DNA of 63,742 nucleotides, filler included, from Collodictyon triciliatum (taxonomy: Eukaryota), in NCBI GenBank assembly GCA_043381765.1. It is 5 parts of 5 records of this genome, joined end to end, with 100 filler letters (N's around TTAATTAATTAA, not from the genome) between each part and the next. Parts side by side here need not be neighbours in the genome. Positions count along the whole stretch, not along the records: positions 1 to 14,777 come from JBHJMP010001776.1; positions 14,878 to 29,651 come from JBHJMP010001777.1; 3 more parts are not named here. One strand, given 5' to 3'. The translations under genes and the position numbers were made by a program. Positions within the stretch are counted from its first letter, which is position 1. Each line of letters opens with the position of its first letter. This document shows positions 13,530 through 26,598 of this stretch, piece by piece. A model generated the notes under the pieces. The model was not told where the DNA came from and made no database searches. It saw only the letters and a program-made list of their open reading frames with translations.

Positions 13530-14777
13530 GGGAAAATAGAAATAAATAAAAAAGAAAAACAGAGAGAAAAAAGGAAAAGAAAAAGGAAAAGAAAAAGGAA
13601 AAGAAAAAGGAAAAGAAAAAGGAAAAGAAAAAGGAAAAGAAAAAGGAATAGAAATAGAAAAAAATGAAGAACAGAAAATGAAAACGGAAATGAAAATGAA
13701 AGTGAAATGAAAATGAAAATGAAAATGAAAATGAAAATGAAAATGAAAATGAAATGAAAATGAAAATGAAAGTGAAAATGAAAATGAAAATGAAAATGAA
13801 AATGAAAATGAAAATGAAAATGAAAATGAAAGTGAAACTGAAACTGAAACTGAAACTGAAAGTGAAATGAAACTGAAACTGAAACTGAAAGAGAAAATGA
13901 AAATGAAAGTGAAAGTGAAAATGAAAGTGAAAATATAATATCAAATAGAAAATAAATAGAAATGAAACTGAAACTGAAACTGAAAATGAAAATGAAAATG
14001 AAAATGAAAATGAAAGTGAAAGTGAAAATGAAAGTGAAAATGAAAGTGAAAATGAAAATGAAAAGGAAAAGGAAAAGGAAAAGGAAAATAGAAACAGCAA
14101 TAGAAATAGAAGTAGAAATAGAAGTAAAAATAGAAACAGAAAGAAAATAGGAAAAGAAAAAAGGAATAGAAATAGAAAAAAGAAAAACAGAAAAAAAGGT
14201 AAAGAAAAATGAAAATGAAAGTGAAATGAAAATGAAAATGAAAATGAAAATGAAAATGAAAGTGAAATGAAAATGAAAATGAAACTGAAAATATAATTGA
14301 AATAGAAATAGAAATAGAAATAGAAATAGAAATAGAAATAGAAATAGAAATAGAAATAGAAATAGATAGAAAATAAATAGAAAATGAAAATGAAAATAAA
14401 TAGAAATAGAAATGAAAATAAATAGAAAATAAATAGAAAATAAATAGAAATGAAATAGAAATGAAATAGAAATGAAATAGAAATGAAATAGAAATGAAAT
14501 AGAAAGTGAAATGAAAATAAATAGAAAATAAATAGAAAGTGAAATGAAAATAAATAGAAAATAAATAGAAATAGAAATGAAAATGAAAATAAATAGAAAA
14601 TAAATAGAAAATAAATAGAAAAATGAAAATGAAACTGAAACTGAAAATGAAAATATAATTGAAATAGAAATAGAAATAGAAATAGAAATAGAAATAGAAA
14701 TAGAAATAGAAATAGAAATAGAAATAGAAATAGAAATAGAAATAGATAGAAAATAAATAGAAAATGAAAATGAAAAT
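13530..14777. repeat. ~1.25 kb mosaic A-rich satellite (GAAAAT/GAAATA/GAAACT/GAAAAG units) at the piece end
   Basis: Directly visible; ORFs here (poly-FS, poly-MK) are artefacts. Confidence 0.9.
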
Positions 14778-14877
14778 NNNNNNNNNNNNNNNNNNNNNNN
14801 NNNNNNNNNNNNNNNNNNNNNTTAATTAATTAANNNNNNNNNNNNNNNNNNNNNNNNNNNNNNNNNNNNNNNNNNNN
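14778..14877. other. Artificial contig-joining spacer N44-TTAATTAATTAA-N44
   Basis: 100-bp unit with stop codons in all six frames, repeated four times in the window. Confidence 0.97.
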
Positions 14878-15462
14878 TGTTTTTTGTTTTTTGTTTTTTG
14901 TTTTTTGTTTTTTGTTTTTTGTTTTTTGTTTTTTGTTTTTTGTTTTTTGTTTTTTGTTTTTTGTTTTTGTTGATGCTTAGCTGGCTGTCGGGTGGGTGGC
15001 AGCGTGCTGTGGGTAGGTTTATTTGCCGAAAATGATTATGAGGCAAAGTCAAAAACAATTCAAAAGCGGTATTTTCCACATTTGCACTTGAGGGGGGGGG
15101 TAATTTATCCTCTTGGTCAAATCTAATGCGCCTAGTGTCTAATTCCAACTATAGTTTTTTCCCCTTTATTCTATCCGAGGGTATAGCATTAATTATTACT
15201 GGAGTTGACATATGGCATAATATTTGATTATTGAATGAAATTCATCTCTAATGTACAAATATATAACATGCATTTTATAATATCCACAATAATAGATACA
15301 GGAAATAGCCTACTTATAGAGAGATTCACTGAACCGTTCCCAGACAACTTGTCAAATTGTGATCATCCAAACAAGCAGAATGCCAAACATACCGATGCAC
15401 AGGCACGGAGTCCGCACAAACATCGCTACTAACATTCACACGATCGGACAAGTAGGCCCAAC

Positions 15463-17793
15463 ATGCGCTCTTCAGCCCATCTTCTGCTCGTAGCTGCTCT
15501 GATCGCGGTGGTGATCGCTGTCCCTGTGTGAGTTTTTGTCCTTGTCCTTGTCCTTGTCCTTGTCCTTGTCTTTGTCTTTGTCTTTGTCTTTGTCTTTGTC
15601 TTTGTCTTTGTCTTTGTCTTTGTCTTTGTCTTTTTTGTCTTTGTCTTTGTCTTTGTCTTTGTCTTTGTCTTTGTCTTTGTCTTTGTCTTTGTCTTTGTCT
15701 TTGTCTTTGTCTTTGTCTTTGTCTTTGTCTTTGTCTTTGTCTTTGTCTTTCTTCCGTTTGCGCTCTTGATCCGGAAGTAAAAGTCAGAAATAAATAATGG
15801 GTGCCTTCAGCCTAAGGGTCACATCTTCTTTCCATCCAACGAACAGGGAGCAATCCCAACTGAACAAGGACGCCTGCCCAGCAAACCCGCTCAAGGCTGG
15901 TCGACACGACTTCAAAGTGAACTTTGGAGGGATAGAGCGCAACTACATCCTCCACGTGCCGAGGAACTATGACAACTCTCGCAATCTTCCGTTGTTCTTT
16001 GCGGTATTTTCATCCAGACTATTCTTTTAACAAGATGATAAAGATGAAGAAGAAGATGAAAAAACTAAAGAAAGGCATAGTACTCAAGTTTTTTTTTTTT
16101 ACGTTTGGACATACCTTAGTTCCACGGACTGTCAAATACCGCCGACCAAGCTTACGTCAACTTTGGAATCCCTGAGATCAGCGACTCACAGAGCGTCATA
16201 TCAGTTGTTCCTAATGGATACGGCCAGTCCTGGAACGGAGGAGACTGTTGCCCTCCAGCGGTGAGAGGATTTTATTATTTTTCAAGTGGCATGTTTACAA
16301 AGACAACTGTCAAGGGTAGCATACTATGATATTTTTCATTTTCTTCGTTGAATAAGCTTTGTAGGTTAACTAACACATCACCATAACTTTGACCAAAAGA
16401 CTAGGAACAATATCGATGACATCGGTTTCGTTCGATTCCTGATATCCGAGGTGTCGAAGAAAGTATGATTTTTTTTTTATTCATCTGGCCACATCACTGA
16501 AAACAAGAGGAAATGAGCGCAATTAACTTGAAGATCGCTTTCCTGTAAATTATATATTTATAAGGATACTGACCAATAATTCTCATCGCTCAAGGTTTGT
16601 GTGGATTCTCGCAGAATATATGCCGGAGGGTATTCAAACGGTGGCTTCTTATCTCACCGCTTGGCGTGCGAAGCCTCTGACGTCGTGAGTTATGAAGAAC
16701 CCTCACATTCATTCACTTTTTTTCGGTTCTGTTATGTGCGTGATGGGCTCATCAAGCAACCAATAATTTCATCAGCTGTGATTTATAAATCATTACTACA
16801 CCAGATTCGTGCCATCGGCCCTGTTGCAGGAGTTTTATCGACGGAAAATGGCTTTGTCTGTAACCCTCCACGCCCAGTCCCTATGATGGTAAGCTAGTGT
16901 ATTAAATATATTCATAGGAACTGAAATGAACAAGGTTTTTTTTTGAAAGAAAGAAAACACATTAATCCACTTTCATTTCTTTTCTTTTCTGATAAACAGC
17001 ATTTCCATGGAACCGCGGATGCAACAGTCCCTTACGCTCTCGCTGGGCCCAGTTTCAATCGATGGAAGACTATCAACGGCTGTACTGGCGAAACTGTGGT
17101 ATGAAATGAGCTTCGTTACAACTCGAGAGAACCTCAGTAACGTGCCGTATGAAGGCCTTCTCTCTCACTCTCTCTCTTTTTTTTTATCATCCCCTTATGT
17201 ACCATGATTTTATCGTATGATTTTTCTGTTTCCTGTAGGTTACTTTTAAAAACAACACAGCAGTCTGCGATTCATATACTCGCTGCAATGGCGGAGTCAT
17301 CACAACTCTTTGCACTATCAACCGTGGCCCGCACGCTTGGCCTGTATGAATATCCAACAACAAAAAATTATGCGTAACTAATATTTATGATGATTGAATC
17401 AAACTGTAATGAATAATTTGCAAACAGGGATGCAGTTACTACGGGAAAGGCGCTCCAGGCTCTCCTTGTGGATGCACAAATGCAACCCCAGATATCATTG
17501 CCACTGTTGAAATGTGGTTTGTGTAATTGCATATCCAAGAAACTAAAATATCTTCTTTTTTTTTTTTTTTCGTTTGTTTGTCTGTGGCAGTCCTGCAGAT
17601 ATCATAATGCACGCTTACTTTGAATCGAATAAAGGAAAAAAATAATAATGCACGCTCATGCGATGACTATTGATTACGTTTTAAAATGTGAATCTCAAAT
17701 TTGATCAAATGTCATGGACTTAAGTATGACTTTTTCCATAGGAAATTCTTTACTCAGTGGAGTCTATCCCAGGAAGTGGAAGAAGCGCTGTAA
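15463..17793 (+). CDS. Secreted alpha/beta-hydrolase, LpqC / PHB-depolymerase / feruloyl-esterase-like; about 10 exons
   Basis: Signal peptide MRSSAHLLLVAALIAVVIA; RNYILHVP..Y....LPLFFA|FHG; WNGGDCC; DDIGFVRFLI; VDSRRIYAGGYSNGG (nucleophile Ser); HFHGTADATVPY (Asp); GPHAWP|G (His); EMW|KFF; stop TAA at 17791-17793. Confidence 0.88.
15535..15750. repeat. Intronic (CTTTGT)n hexamer microsatellite
   Basis: Directly visible in intron 1 of the esterase gene. Confidence 0.95.
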
Positions 17794-18939
17794 ACGAGGA
17801 GCAACCTTCGAGTTTCTCTTGGGTTCTTTTCTTCCTCGAGCAGAGAGCGCCTTTGCCCTTGTCGCCTTTGTTGGAATGAATGAGAACCACACAAAACCCC
17901 ATAGTGAATTGTTCCCTCCCGCAACGAATCTTTCATATGTTCATATCTGGAAATAAGACTAGCTAATCCATACCGGGCGAACCACTTGCCCCCGAGCCAA
18001 AGAAGGAAGCCTTTATGTTGTGGGCACCCCCTTGGTTCCGCGAAAAAAATCAGAATTCCAGGTTAAGAATTTGCAGACTTTTGTGATGAATTGGGCATAT
18101 TTCTCAGAATTCAAAAAAGTTTTTCTTTTTTTTTCAAATAAAAATGAAGGTTTTCACATTTGCTCATGATTTGATTTTGATGCAAACGCGAAGCAAGTCA
18201 TTTAAAAGAAGATTTTCGTTTGAAAAAAAAAAAAAGGAAAGAAAAAGATTTTGACAAAGCCATGAACCCGAAAACATAGTGGCTGTTATTTGAATTTCCT
18301 TTTTAAAATTTTGAAAACACCATCCCTGCAATCAACCAAAGTCGAAATCAAAGTCAAACAAAGTCAAAGTCAAACAAAAAAACATGCCTCACCTTGCACA
18401 ATACAAACGAAAGGACAAGAAAAGAAAAGAATTTTTTTTTTCTTTCCTTCATTTCACTTCTTTTTGGGGTTTGTAATTTTCTGTGCGCGCACCCGATCAC
18501 GTCGCGTCACTCTGAACCAACAGAATTGTCTCGGCCGGTGGCCTGTTCTTATAGTCACCAGACAGACGACTCTGCCACATCCCGCATAATTGACAGCCGC
18601 CGAGAAAGCACAATCCCCTCTGCACTCTCCAGGCCAAACCCAAAGGCAATCCGAATCCTCTCCACAAAGCATCCACTATACATATATGTGCATATGTGTT
18701 TGCGTGGGTGTGTGTATGAACGCAACCCCTTATCCTTGTCACCCACGATGCCCATTTGCCTTCCTCATCACCTTTTCTCGCTCCAATCTTTTACGAAAAC
18801 AAAAAAACCCACAACACTTGTGGCTTCTACAAAGAAAAGAGAAAAGAAAAAGAAGCTCCTGCCCCATCGATGCTGTCGTTTACAGGACAAACTCTCATCT
18901 CCAGGCACACCCACTTATCCACCAGGCCAAGAAAGATCG

Positions 18940-20931
18940 ATGAATATCGAGTCCCAGAGAACAGAATCGGAGAGCGGAAAAGCTGCCGCCGTTCTGCCTC
19001 CCTTCTCTGAAGCTTCTGCTTCATTGCCCGTTCTACTGGAACCGCGCTTCTCTCCACTGATGAACCACAACACGTTCGCACCTTCACAATTCAGTCGGTC
19101 TCCGCTTTTCCACACAGAAGGCATCTCGACTACGCTGCCATTGCCATTGCCGTTGCCGCTGCCGCTGCTATTGCCTGACTCAGAGTGCGCGGCCCAACAA
19201 AGCGACCGCCATCATTTGTTTGCGCCTCCGCTGTCAGAGGCCAATGCGCGCCTTTTGGTAAGTGAATGCCTTGTGAAGCGTGATTTTGTGAATGGAAACC
19301 AGGGTCACGAAAGAAAGGGATTGATTGAGCTCCGAGTGGGGTGGAGATGTGTGGTTTCCAAAACCGTTTGTAACTCTTATTTTGTACTTTTTCCCCCTTC
19401 TTTTTCTTTTAATTTTGCTTCCATGTAATGTTCGTAGGCATCTTTAGATGAATGTGCTAGTCGTTCAACCGATCAGAGGTGGGTGTGTGATTCTGTTGAA
19501 GTGAAGCATCTCATGATATTCTACTTATTTTCAACAGATTACATACCTGCAAGATAATAAAGCAGGAACGAATTCATTATGTTAGAAAAAGGAGCTCAAT
19601 GGCTTTTTTTTTATTTTCAAGGTCGGACGAGCAAAATGCAGATGCGAAAGCCTTCCCGTGGATCGTAAACAATCGTAAGTGTGGTAGAAACATTTGCACT
19701 TGATCCATAAATATAAAAGTATTGGCAAATGATAACAATTATGATTGCTAGAAGCTCTCCTTTTAGTCTTGTTGGTCAATTTTTATGTCCCTTTTTTTTT
19801 TTTTTTGGGAACAGAAAGAAACAGAATTTGATGTCTTATCTGGTTTCAGAGTCCGTCAGCACATCGGTTCGTCCACCTTCAGATGTAATATCTGATTTAC
19901 AGCAAGCTCCAATCCTTCATCAAGTGGCATTAAGCTCTAATTTGGCCTCGAGATTACAAAAGGACTTTTTTCGACACAAACAGCCAACTTCAAATGAAAT
20001 CATTTTTCATTTGGAGGACACTCCATCAAGAACTAAAGTGAGACAGGTGCCTCAGTGCTTCTTATTTTATCTTTTTTTTTTTAAAAAAAAAACCTCGTCA
20101 TTTTGGTCTTCTCATGCTCAATGACTTTTTCTGCAAAATTTCTGTGCCCTAGACACGTTATTGATTTAAATCTTTTGAAGAAAAAAAAAGAAGAAGCACT
20201 AAGCCGTTCTCTTATTGAATCAGGGCCACCAAATAAAGGCATCTGGTGCGAGTGCATGGACATTTCATCTTCATCAAGGTCCTGTCCTGCATAAAGGAAT
20301 TTCGTGAGCATTCTGGAATAGATTCTATTTTAGTTTCTTTTCTCTTCATTCCTCATAAACATATCTACTTCTATTATTGTTTTTGTTTAGGGAATTTTTT
20401 TTTTTTTTGGGCTCTGTAAATTGGCACTATGTTATTCTTACTGCATACACCAACTTCACCTAAATAGTAATACTCATGCTTATTTTTCTCCAATATATAC
20501 ATTTAACTATGAAGTTCCACTTGCAATACAAAGGCCGTGCACATAAACCCTGATCAAAAGGAGGCCATGAATGCAAATCGTTGTTCAAGGGTACCAAACC
20601 TTTTTTCTTTTCTTCATATACATTTTTACTTGGGAGCAAATACTGTAAATGTTTTCCCTTCATAGACGAGACAGTTCAACGGATGCATGAATTGCGGAGC
20701 AACTCAATCGCCAGCGTGGAGACGTGGCCCAGATGGGTGTACATCGTTAGTGAAATTTATTGCTAAATTTCTTCTTTTTTTTTTTTTGGATCTGTGACAT
20801 AAGAAGGTAGGAAATAACTCATTTTTAACAAAATTTCCTTCATTGACAGACTTTGTAATTCATGCGGGCTGCAGTATGCTAAACGTGGTCATTTGGTTTC
20901 AAAACCTACGGGCAAGGGGAAACATCGCTAA
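18940..20931 (+). CDS. GATA-type zinc finger transcription factor (C-x2-C-x18-C-x2-C at the C-terminus)
   Basis: Exon ~20666-20745 gives TRQFNGCMNCGATQSPAWRRGPDGCT; after a GT-AG intron, exon ~20850-20931 gives SLCNSCGLQYAKRGHLVSKPTGKGKHR*. Upstream exons from ATG 18940 are low complexity and their junctions are approximate. Confidence 0.8.
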
Positions 20932-21988
20932 TAGCGACATTATCACAAAATCTACCAAATTTTGCTTCTCTCCTTATCTCATCCTTAGCGTCTCAAATTA
21001 TTTTTTTCTCCAAGTCAGCGAATTTTTTGAGAAAAAAAAAAAAGGAAATATAGATGCTCTTTCTATTTCTCTTCGCTTTCTTTTTCTTGTCCTTCTCTAC
21101 AACATAGCGGTCCTGTCGACATATTATTTCGGAATACGACATACTTGGCACCTAAATCGTTTGGCTCTTTGGCTACATCTATCCCGGGTTCGAGCCAGGA
21201 TAGCATTTGCATAGTAAAGAGGAAATTAAAGTTTCTGATATATTTGAGCTATGCATCATCACAAAGAATAAATAGGCTAGTTTCCTGTGGCTTGTGCCCT
21301 CCCTACCGAAGCGTGGGTGTTTCCGTTCTGTTGCGCCGATTTCCAAAAGCCGACCATATATTTATCCATAAAAGGAATAGATGATCTTATCCTTATTAGT
21401 CTATTGTTTGTTCGTGTGTTCTTCAATACCGAAAATATTTCGCTTTGGATTCATTTCCATGGAATCACCAAACGGGATGATTGTCGCACTTTTTTCTTTT
21501 TGTTTTCTTTTTCTATTTTTTCTGCTTTTTCTGTTTTTATTCTGTTTTTTTTTCTTTAATTAATTATTTATATCTTTTCTACATATACTCAGAGCGCGGT
21601 TCTAATTTCTTTGCATTGTCGGGCCTGAATGAACCACTCACTGTGTTTGATCCTCACCCAACCATCGATCGGGCCACTCACGATCCAAACAATTCCTGTT
21701 GTAACTGCATAATCGCTAAAGAAAGAAAACGGAAAAGCTGACTTTGGGGAGCTGTTTCGGCGGAAACTCTTTTCACATATTTTAATACTACTGCCTTCTT
21801 TGTCTCTGCTTCGACGCAAAAACTGAGCACCTTGCAAAGCGCTGAATTGCGCCGCGCCGCACCGCACCTCGACATATTCATGTTCTCCTCCACGTTGCTT
21901 CATTCCTTTTCGCCAGTTTGTTCCCTCTCAGCTTCCTTTTGGTAGCCTCACCCAAAGAAATAAGCTATAGCAAAGCGCAAGAACGCAG

Positions 21989-24735
21989 ATGCAGCCGATC
22001 CAAACAAACCCAAACGGAGGGTTTCCCCACCGAATGTACATCCCCAACGAAGCCGCAATGCCAGGGAATCCGTATTCCCGGGGGATTCCCAATCCTGGCA
22101 TGATGGTTCCAAACGGACCGCAGAACGCAATGCCCCGAACAAACGCGCAAATGCCAACCCTAGCACAGGCGCGCCAAATGAATTCCATGAACCGACCCCT
22201 GGTGCAGTCGCAGGTTTTATTTATTTATTTATCTATGAGGCTTTGTCCAAGTTATGGCCATTTTGCTATTGCTTTCCCTGCTAGTTTACTGTTCATGAAA
22301 GATAGTTGTAAATGCCTCTTTTTTAAAAATAAATAAATAAAAAAATTTCCGATTAATGTATAGCTTCCTGGAAGACAACAACAGATTAATGGGATGATGA
22401 GTATCTCTCATCCACCAGGTAAATTTACGTCGCTTATAATATATGATTGTTTGCTTTATTTTGTACCTCTTGGTATTGTCAATCTAAATCGACCACTAAT
22501 GTATTTATCTTCAAAAAAAAGTTATTCAAATCAAACATATTTCATTAAGGAATTCTGCCAAAGCAGATGAATGGAGGAAATTCCGCACTTCCTATTATGG
22601 GGATTGATGGAGAAATGCTAAACGATAGTTATGGTCCTGAATATGGGCTCCGTATGGGAGGTTCGTATCACTATCATTCGTTAAGCTAAAATAGAAAAAA
22701 AATAAGATACACAGAAAAAAATAAAAAATAAAAGGAAATATGGAAAGAAAATACATACAAAAAATACTTTGCTGATGTTGCAATAAAATAAATCTCTTTG
22801 TTGTTATGTCACATAGGCATGGTCATGGACTATGGAAACCGAGCGGTGAGATATATTCACAGATAAAGTTTCATGATTGAATTCGTTGTTTATCTTTGTA
22901 AAGTTTCCAATAATACTATATAATTATGCAAGAACGGAATCGGTGGCTCAGAAAATTATCCTGGTATTCCTGGGTCATTTCAAAGTAAATAATTTTCATT
23001 TTATTCATTCCCATTATTACACCTTCAATTTTTCTTTGGTAATTTCATTTTTATTATACATTCTATTTTCTCATTGTGTTTGACTTCATTTCATTCATTA
23101 TGGAACAGTGCCATTTGATAATGGGGCATATGCACGCAACGGGCCACCAGGAATATCCAATCCGCCTTCGACACCTGGACTCGGTAGCTCATCGGCTATT
23201 TCGGCAAACTTATCTGCCCCTGGAAGCACTGGCCAAGGATTGTTTGATCCACGGGTGGCCACTAGTCCCGGAATATTCCGCTCTCCTGGACCCTCAAGTG
23301 CTGCGAGTAGTATCATCACACAACTGAGTAATCAAATGAATATGCAATCCACTCCGCCTGCAAATCCGTCAATGTCTTCGCAAGCGCCCATTGTTGGTGC
23401 TGGGATAAGTTCAGGGCCTAGTTCAACAATTAATCAAGCATATGGTGGTTATGGAAATCAATACTCATCGTCAACAACAAACACAAATCCTGGTATAAAT
23501 GTGAATATGAACCCGAATATGGGCCTTGGTATGAATGCTGGAAACATCCTCTCAATCACTTCACCTTCGTCACAATCTCCAGCACCTGGATTGCAAACCC
23601 TTAGCGCCACACCCACAACTCCACATGCATCACTCTCCTCTCAACTACAAGCATTTCAACAACAGGCACAAATGCAAGGTCTAACCGTTCAACTACCAGG
23701 CCAAGCAAAGGTTTCCATATGTTTAAATTTGATTATGATTTTTAAAACAACCATGAATTTTTTAAGCCATATAATGCGATATTTCTCTTGTTGAACTATC
23801 TCATCGAAATTATATTCAGTACCTATTGACATTCAATTTCTTCATGTAAAACTATGATGATACAAATGCTAGCCGCTTCAAATAACGAATCCGCCATCCA
23901 AAACTGGGCCGGATCCCTTTGGACTGCTGGGGTTCTTGGATATTATCAAGAGCGTAAACCCCGAGTTGAATCATCTCGCACTCGGTACTGACCTGACCTC
24001 TCTTGGCCTCGATTTGAACTCTGCAGAGTATGTAGATACAACAATGCATACCTTACTTTCTTCTCTTTTCTCTTTTCTCTTTTCTCTTTTCTCTTTTCTC
24101 TTTTCTCTTTTCTCTTTCTCTTTCTCTTTCTCTTTCTCTTTCTCTTTCTCTTTCCCTTTCTTTTTCTCCTTACTGTACCAACGGCATAAGGGTTCCCAAT
24201 TTTCCAGTCGCACACCTGGCGACAATATCCTTGTTATACGTAATTGTATTATAAACATAGCTGCTTGTATGCTACATTCTCATCACCGTGGTCAGACGGA
24301 CCCTCGCGTCGTAATGTGACTCCCTTCGAACTCCCCCGCTGCTATTATCTTCCCCCACCCGGCTCACCTGTCAACAAGATAACGCAGTTTAACGACGAGA
24401 CTCTCTTTTACATATTCTATGCCATGCCAAGAGACTCACTCCAAACAGCAGCTGCGCAAGAATTGTAACTCTAGAACAACTTAATCTTACTCTAGTTTTT
24501 TTTTCTTCCATTCGTTGTTTATCTGACACAAAATAACTCATGTTTCTATAATTTTTTTCCACTCTCAATTAGGTCCAACCGCAGCTGGAAATATCACAAA
24601 GATTCAAAAGTGTGGTTCCAAAAGACTTCTGGATTAGACAATACTTGCCTTGTTTTTGATGTACGTACATGGGAGAAGCGCAGAGAAGACACCGCACCAT
24701 TTATTGGAGGTTCAGATGATTTCTTAAGATCCTGA
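21989..24735 (+). CDS. NOT2: CCR4-NOT complex subunit NOT2 (CNOT2)
   Basis: P/N/G/M/Q-rich N-terminus followed by DPFGLLGFLDII..LALGTDLTSLGLDLNS, LYATFSSPW, DETLFYIFYAMPRDSLQTAAAQEL|SNRSWKYHK (NOT box). Stop TGA at 24733-24735. Confidence 0.92.
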
Positions 24736-25137
24736 CTTGGGAGAAACTACTTAACTTTCTTTTGAAGAAAAAAAATCCTCTTAATTTTGGAAATTAATCA
24801 TTCCTCTGTCAATGTCAAGAAGAATGATACATGGAAAAGGCATTGCACAATTCTTACTCTTTAATCGATATCCAATTTCAAACAATATTGTTTCGATACA
24901 GCATAGACCGGTGCTGACAACTAACCAAAGCGTTCACTGATGAGGGGCATATTAACAAAACAAAACAAAAAAATTGAAGATATCAAGTCATTACCAATAT
25001 AATTGCGCTCTTTCCTCCTCCTTTCCATGCCTTTCCATACTTTCTTGGTTTTTTCCCATATATTCACGTACTCATTCTCGTATGTGTAAATGCAAGGAAT
25101 ATAGTGCATCATTTTCTTTTCTTTTTGCTTTTCTGCC

Positions 25138-25168
<31 letters not shown>

Positions 25169-26474
25169 TTTTCTTTTTTTTTTTTTTTTAATCTTTTTGG
25201 AAATATCTGCCTGTCTTTCTATTGTCTATGCTCCTTTCCTTCGCTATTATGGCCACTCAAGTCTTCCTCAAACCTAGTCTTACCTTTCCTCTCTGTTTTC
25301 ACTCTAAAACTTTAAATTCTTTTATCTGCATGCCATTCCTTTGATTCTCAATTCAAGAGAGAATAAATACTCACAATCTCCCAAACATCAGTATTGCCCA
25401 TAGTCTAAAAATAGATTTTGATTCTGCTCACTGTGTTTACTTTTACAACGACACTTACAACGTTGCAAATGAGAGTCGTTTGATATCCCAAGGATTTCGT
25501 ATTCCCTCACATTCGTTCTCTTTCTCTTGCTTCTTTATTTGACTTGAGCTCTGCCATCACAACCATCCTTTTTTCCGATGTCTACAATCCGAAGCATCTT
25601 ATCATCGGTCATCAGACCGGCCATTCTGTTGTGGTTGGATTACAAAGTCGATGGCAAAGTCATGACTTATTACATGGGTGAGCAGAGAACATGCCGAATG
25701 CTTATGTGCTGCGTTCATACGTCCTCTTATTATTCACTTCGCATCACCTACTACCCATAATATTTTAAAGCAGAAAACATGACAAAGGAAGTCAGTCCAC
25801 CGCTGATTTATCCTCATCAAAAATGCTTTCCAGCGCTTTGTATATGTTTTCGTGGGTCTCGAGACAATCCTCTTGCTCGAGGCTAATCTATGGACATGTG
25901 AATATCTATTTGGAAAAGAAAAAAGGGGTTTAACGACGTTATCAGTTTGGAACCTTATTATAATGTAGAAACACGGAGGAAGTGTGCGACAAGATTACTG
26001 TGGAAAGTAGTGTTTTAATACTCTAAAGCTTGGGTATAGAAAGGCGGGTTTATGAGGTGAAGCTGTATCTCCAACCACTCTCAAACCCTTCGTTCCTTTT
26101 TCTTTTAATTAAGCTTCTTATTTCTGTGTCTCAGTGTCTTTGTCTTTGTGTCTTTGTGTCTTTGTGTCTTTATGTCTTTGTGTCTTTGTGTCTTTGTGCT
26201 ATTTTGAGTCTTTCTGTTTTTATTTTGGCCGCTGCGAAGATTCTTGATGAAAAAGAAAAAATTATTAATGCTCAGCGACATCTGAAATCGATAAATACTT
26301 TCGTGGTGTTGCATAAGAAAACTATTTTCGACTAATTAAGCAATCATGCACAGGGAACGTCTCTTTAACAAAGGTGCACATTCTCCGTCTTCAAAAACAC
26401 AACGAAATGGATTGTTTAGATTTTCGAAGGATTCCTTTCTATTGTAATTTTTTAGGCTTTATATTCGTTGCGGG

Positions 26475-26482
26475 TATAAAAA
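26475..26482 (+). promoter_or_regulatory. Possible TATA box (TATAAAAA) upstream of the pseudokinase gene
   Basis: GGGTATAAAAAG about 120 bp before ATG 26599; weak evidence in AT-rich DNA. Confidence 0.3.
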
Positions 26483-26598
26483 GCAGCATCGAACCAATCC
26501 CTTTTTTTCAACAGCAAGCATATAGGAACTAGAGACGAGCGAAGGTTAGACAGGCAGAACCGACGAAGCAACACAGACTGAACTCTGGGACAGCAAGG

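Noticed and set aside
13390-14150. Long ORFs of FS/FI/MK dipeptides, and similar ORFs at 5114, 12596, 15528, 29696 and 59210
   Set aside because: Translations of microsatellites or N runs, not proteins.
14822-14833. TTAATTAATTAA palindrome recurring every ~14.87 kb as a biological periodic element
   Set aside because: Always centred in N44 flanks; it is a six-frame-stop linker added during contig concatenation.
18394-18939. N-terminal part of the 344-aa ORF 18394-19428 as coding
   Set aside because: Starts at a non-ATG codon and contains A/T runs typical of promoter or UTR sequence; ATG 18940 with donor GTAAGT at ~19258 fits better.
21179-21203. Hairpin CTATCC-CGG-GTTCGAG-CCA-GGATAG resembling a tRNA T-arm or B box
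   Set aside because: No acceptor stem, D-arm or anticodon arm could be built around it.
25500-25900. Coding-like patch upstream of the pseudokinase
   Set aside because: Only short ORFs with no recognisable motif or consistent splice pattern; may be decayed sequence.
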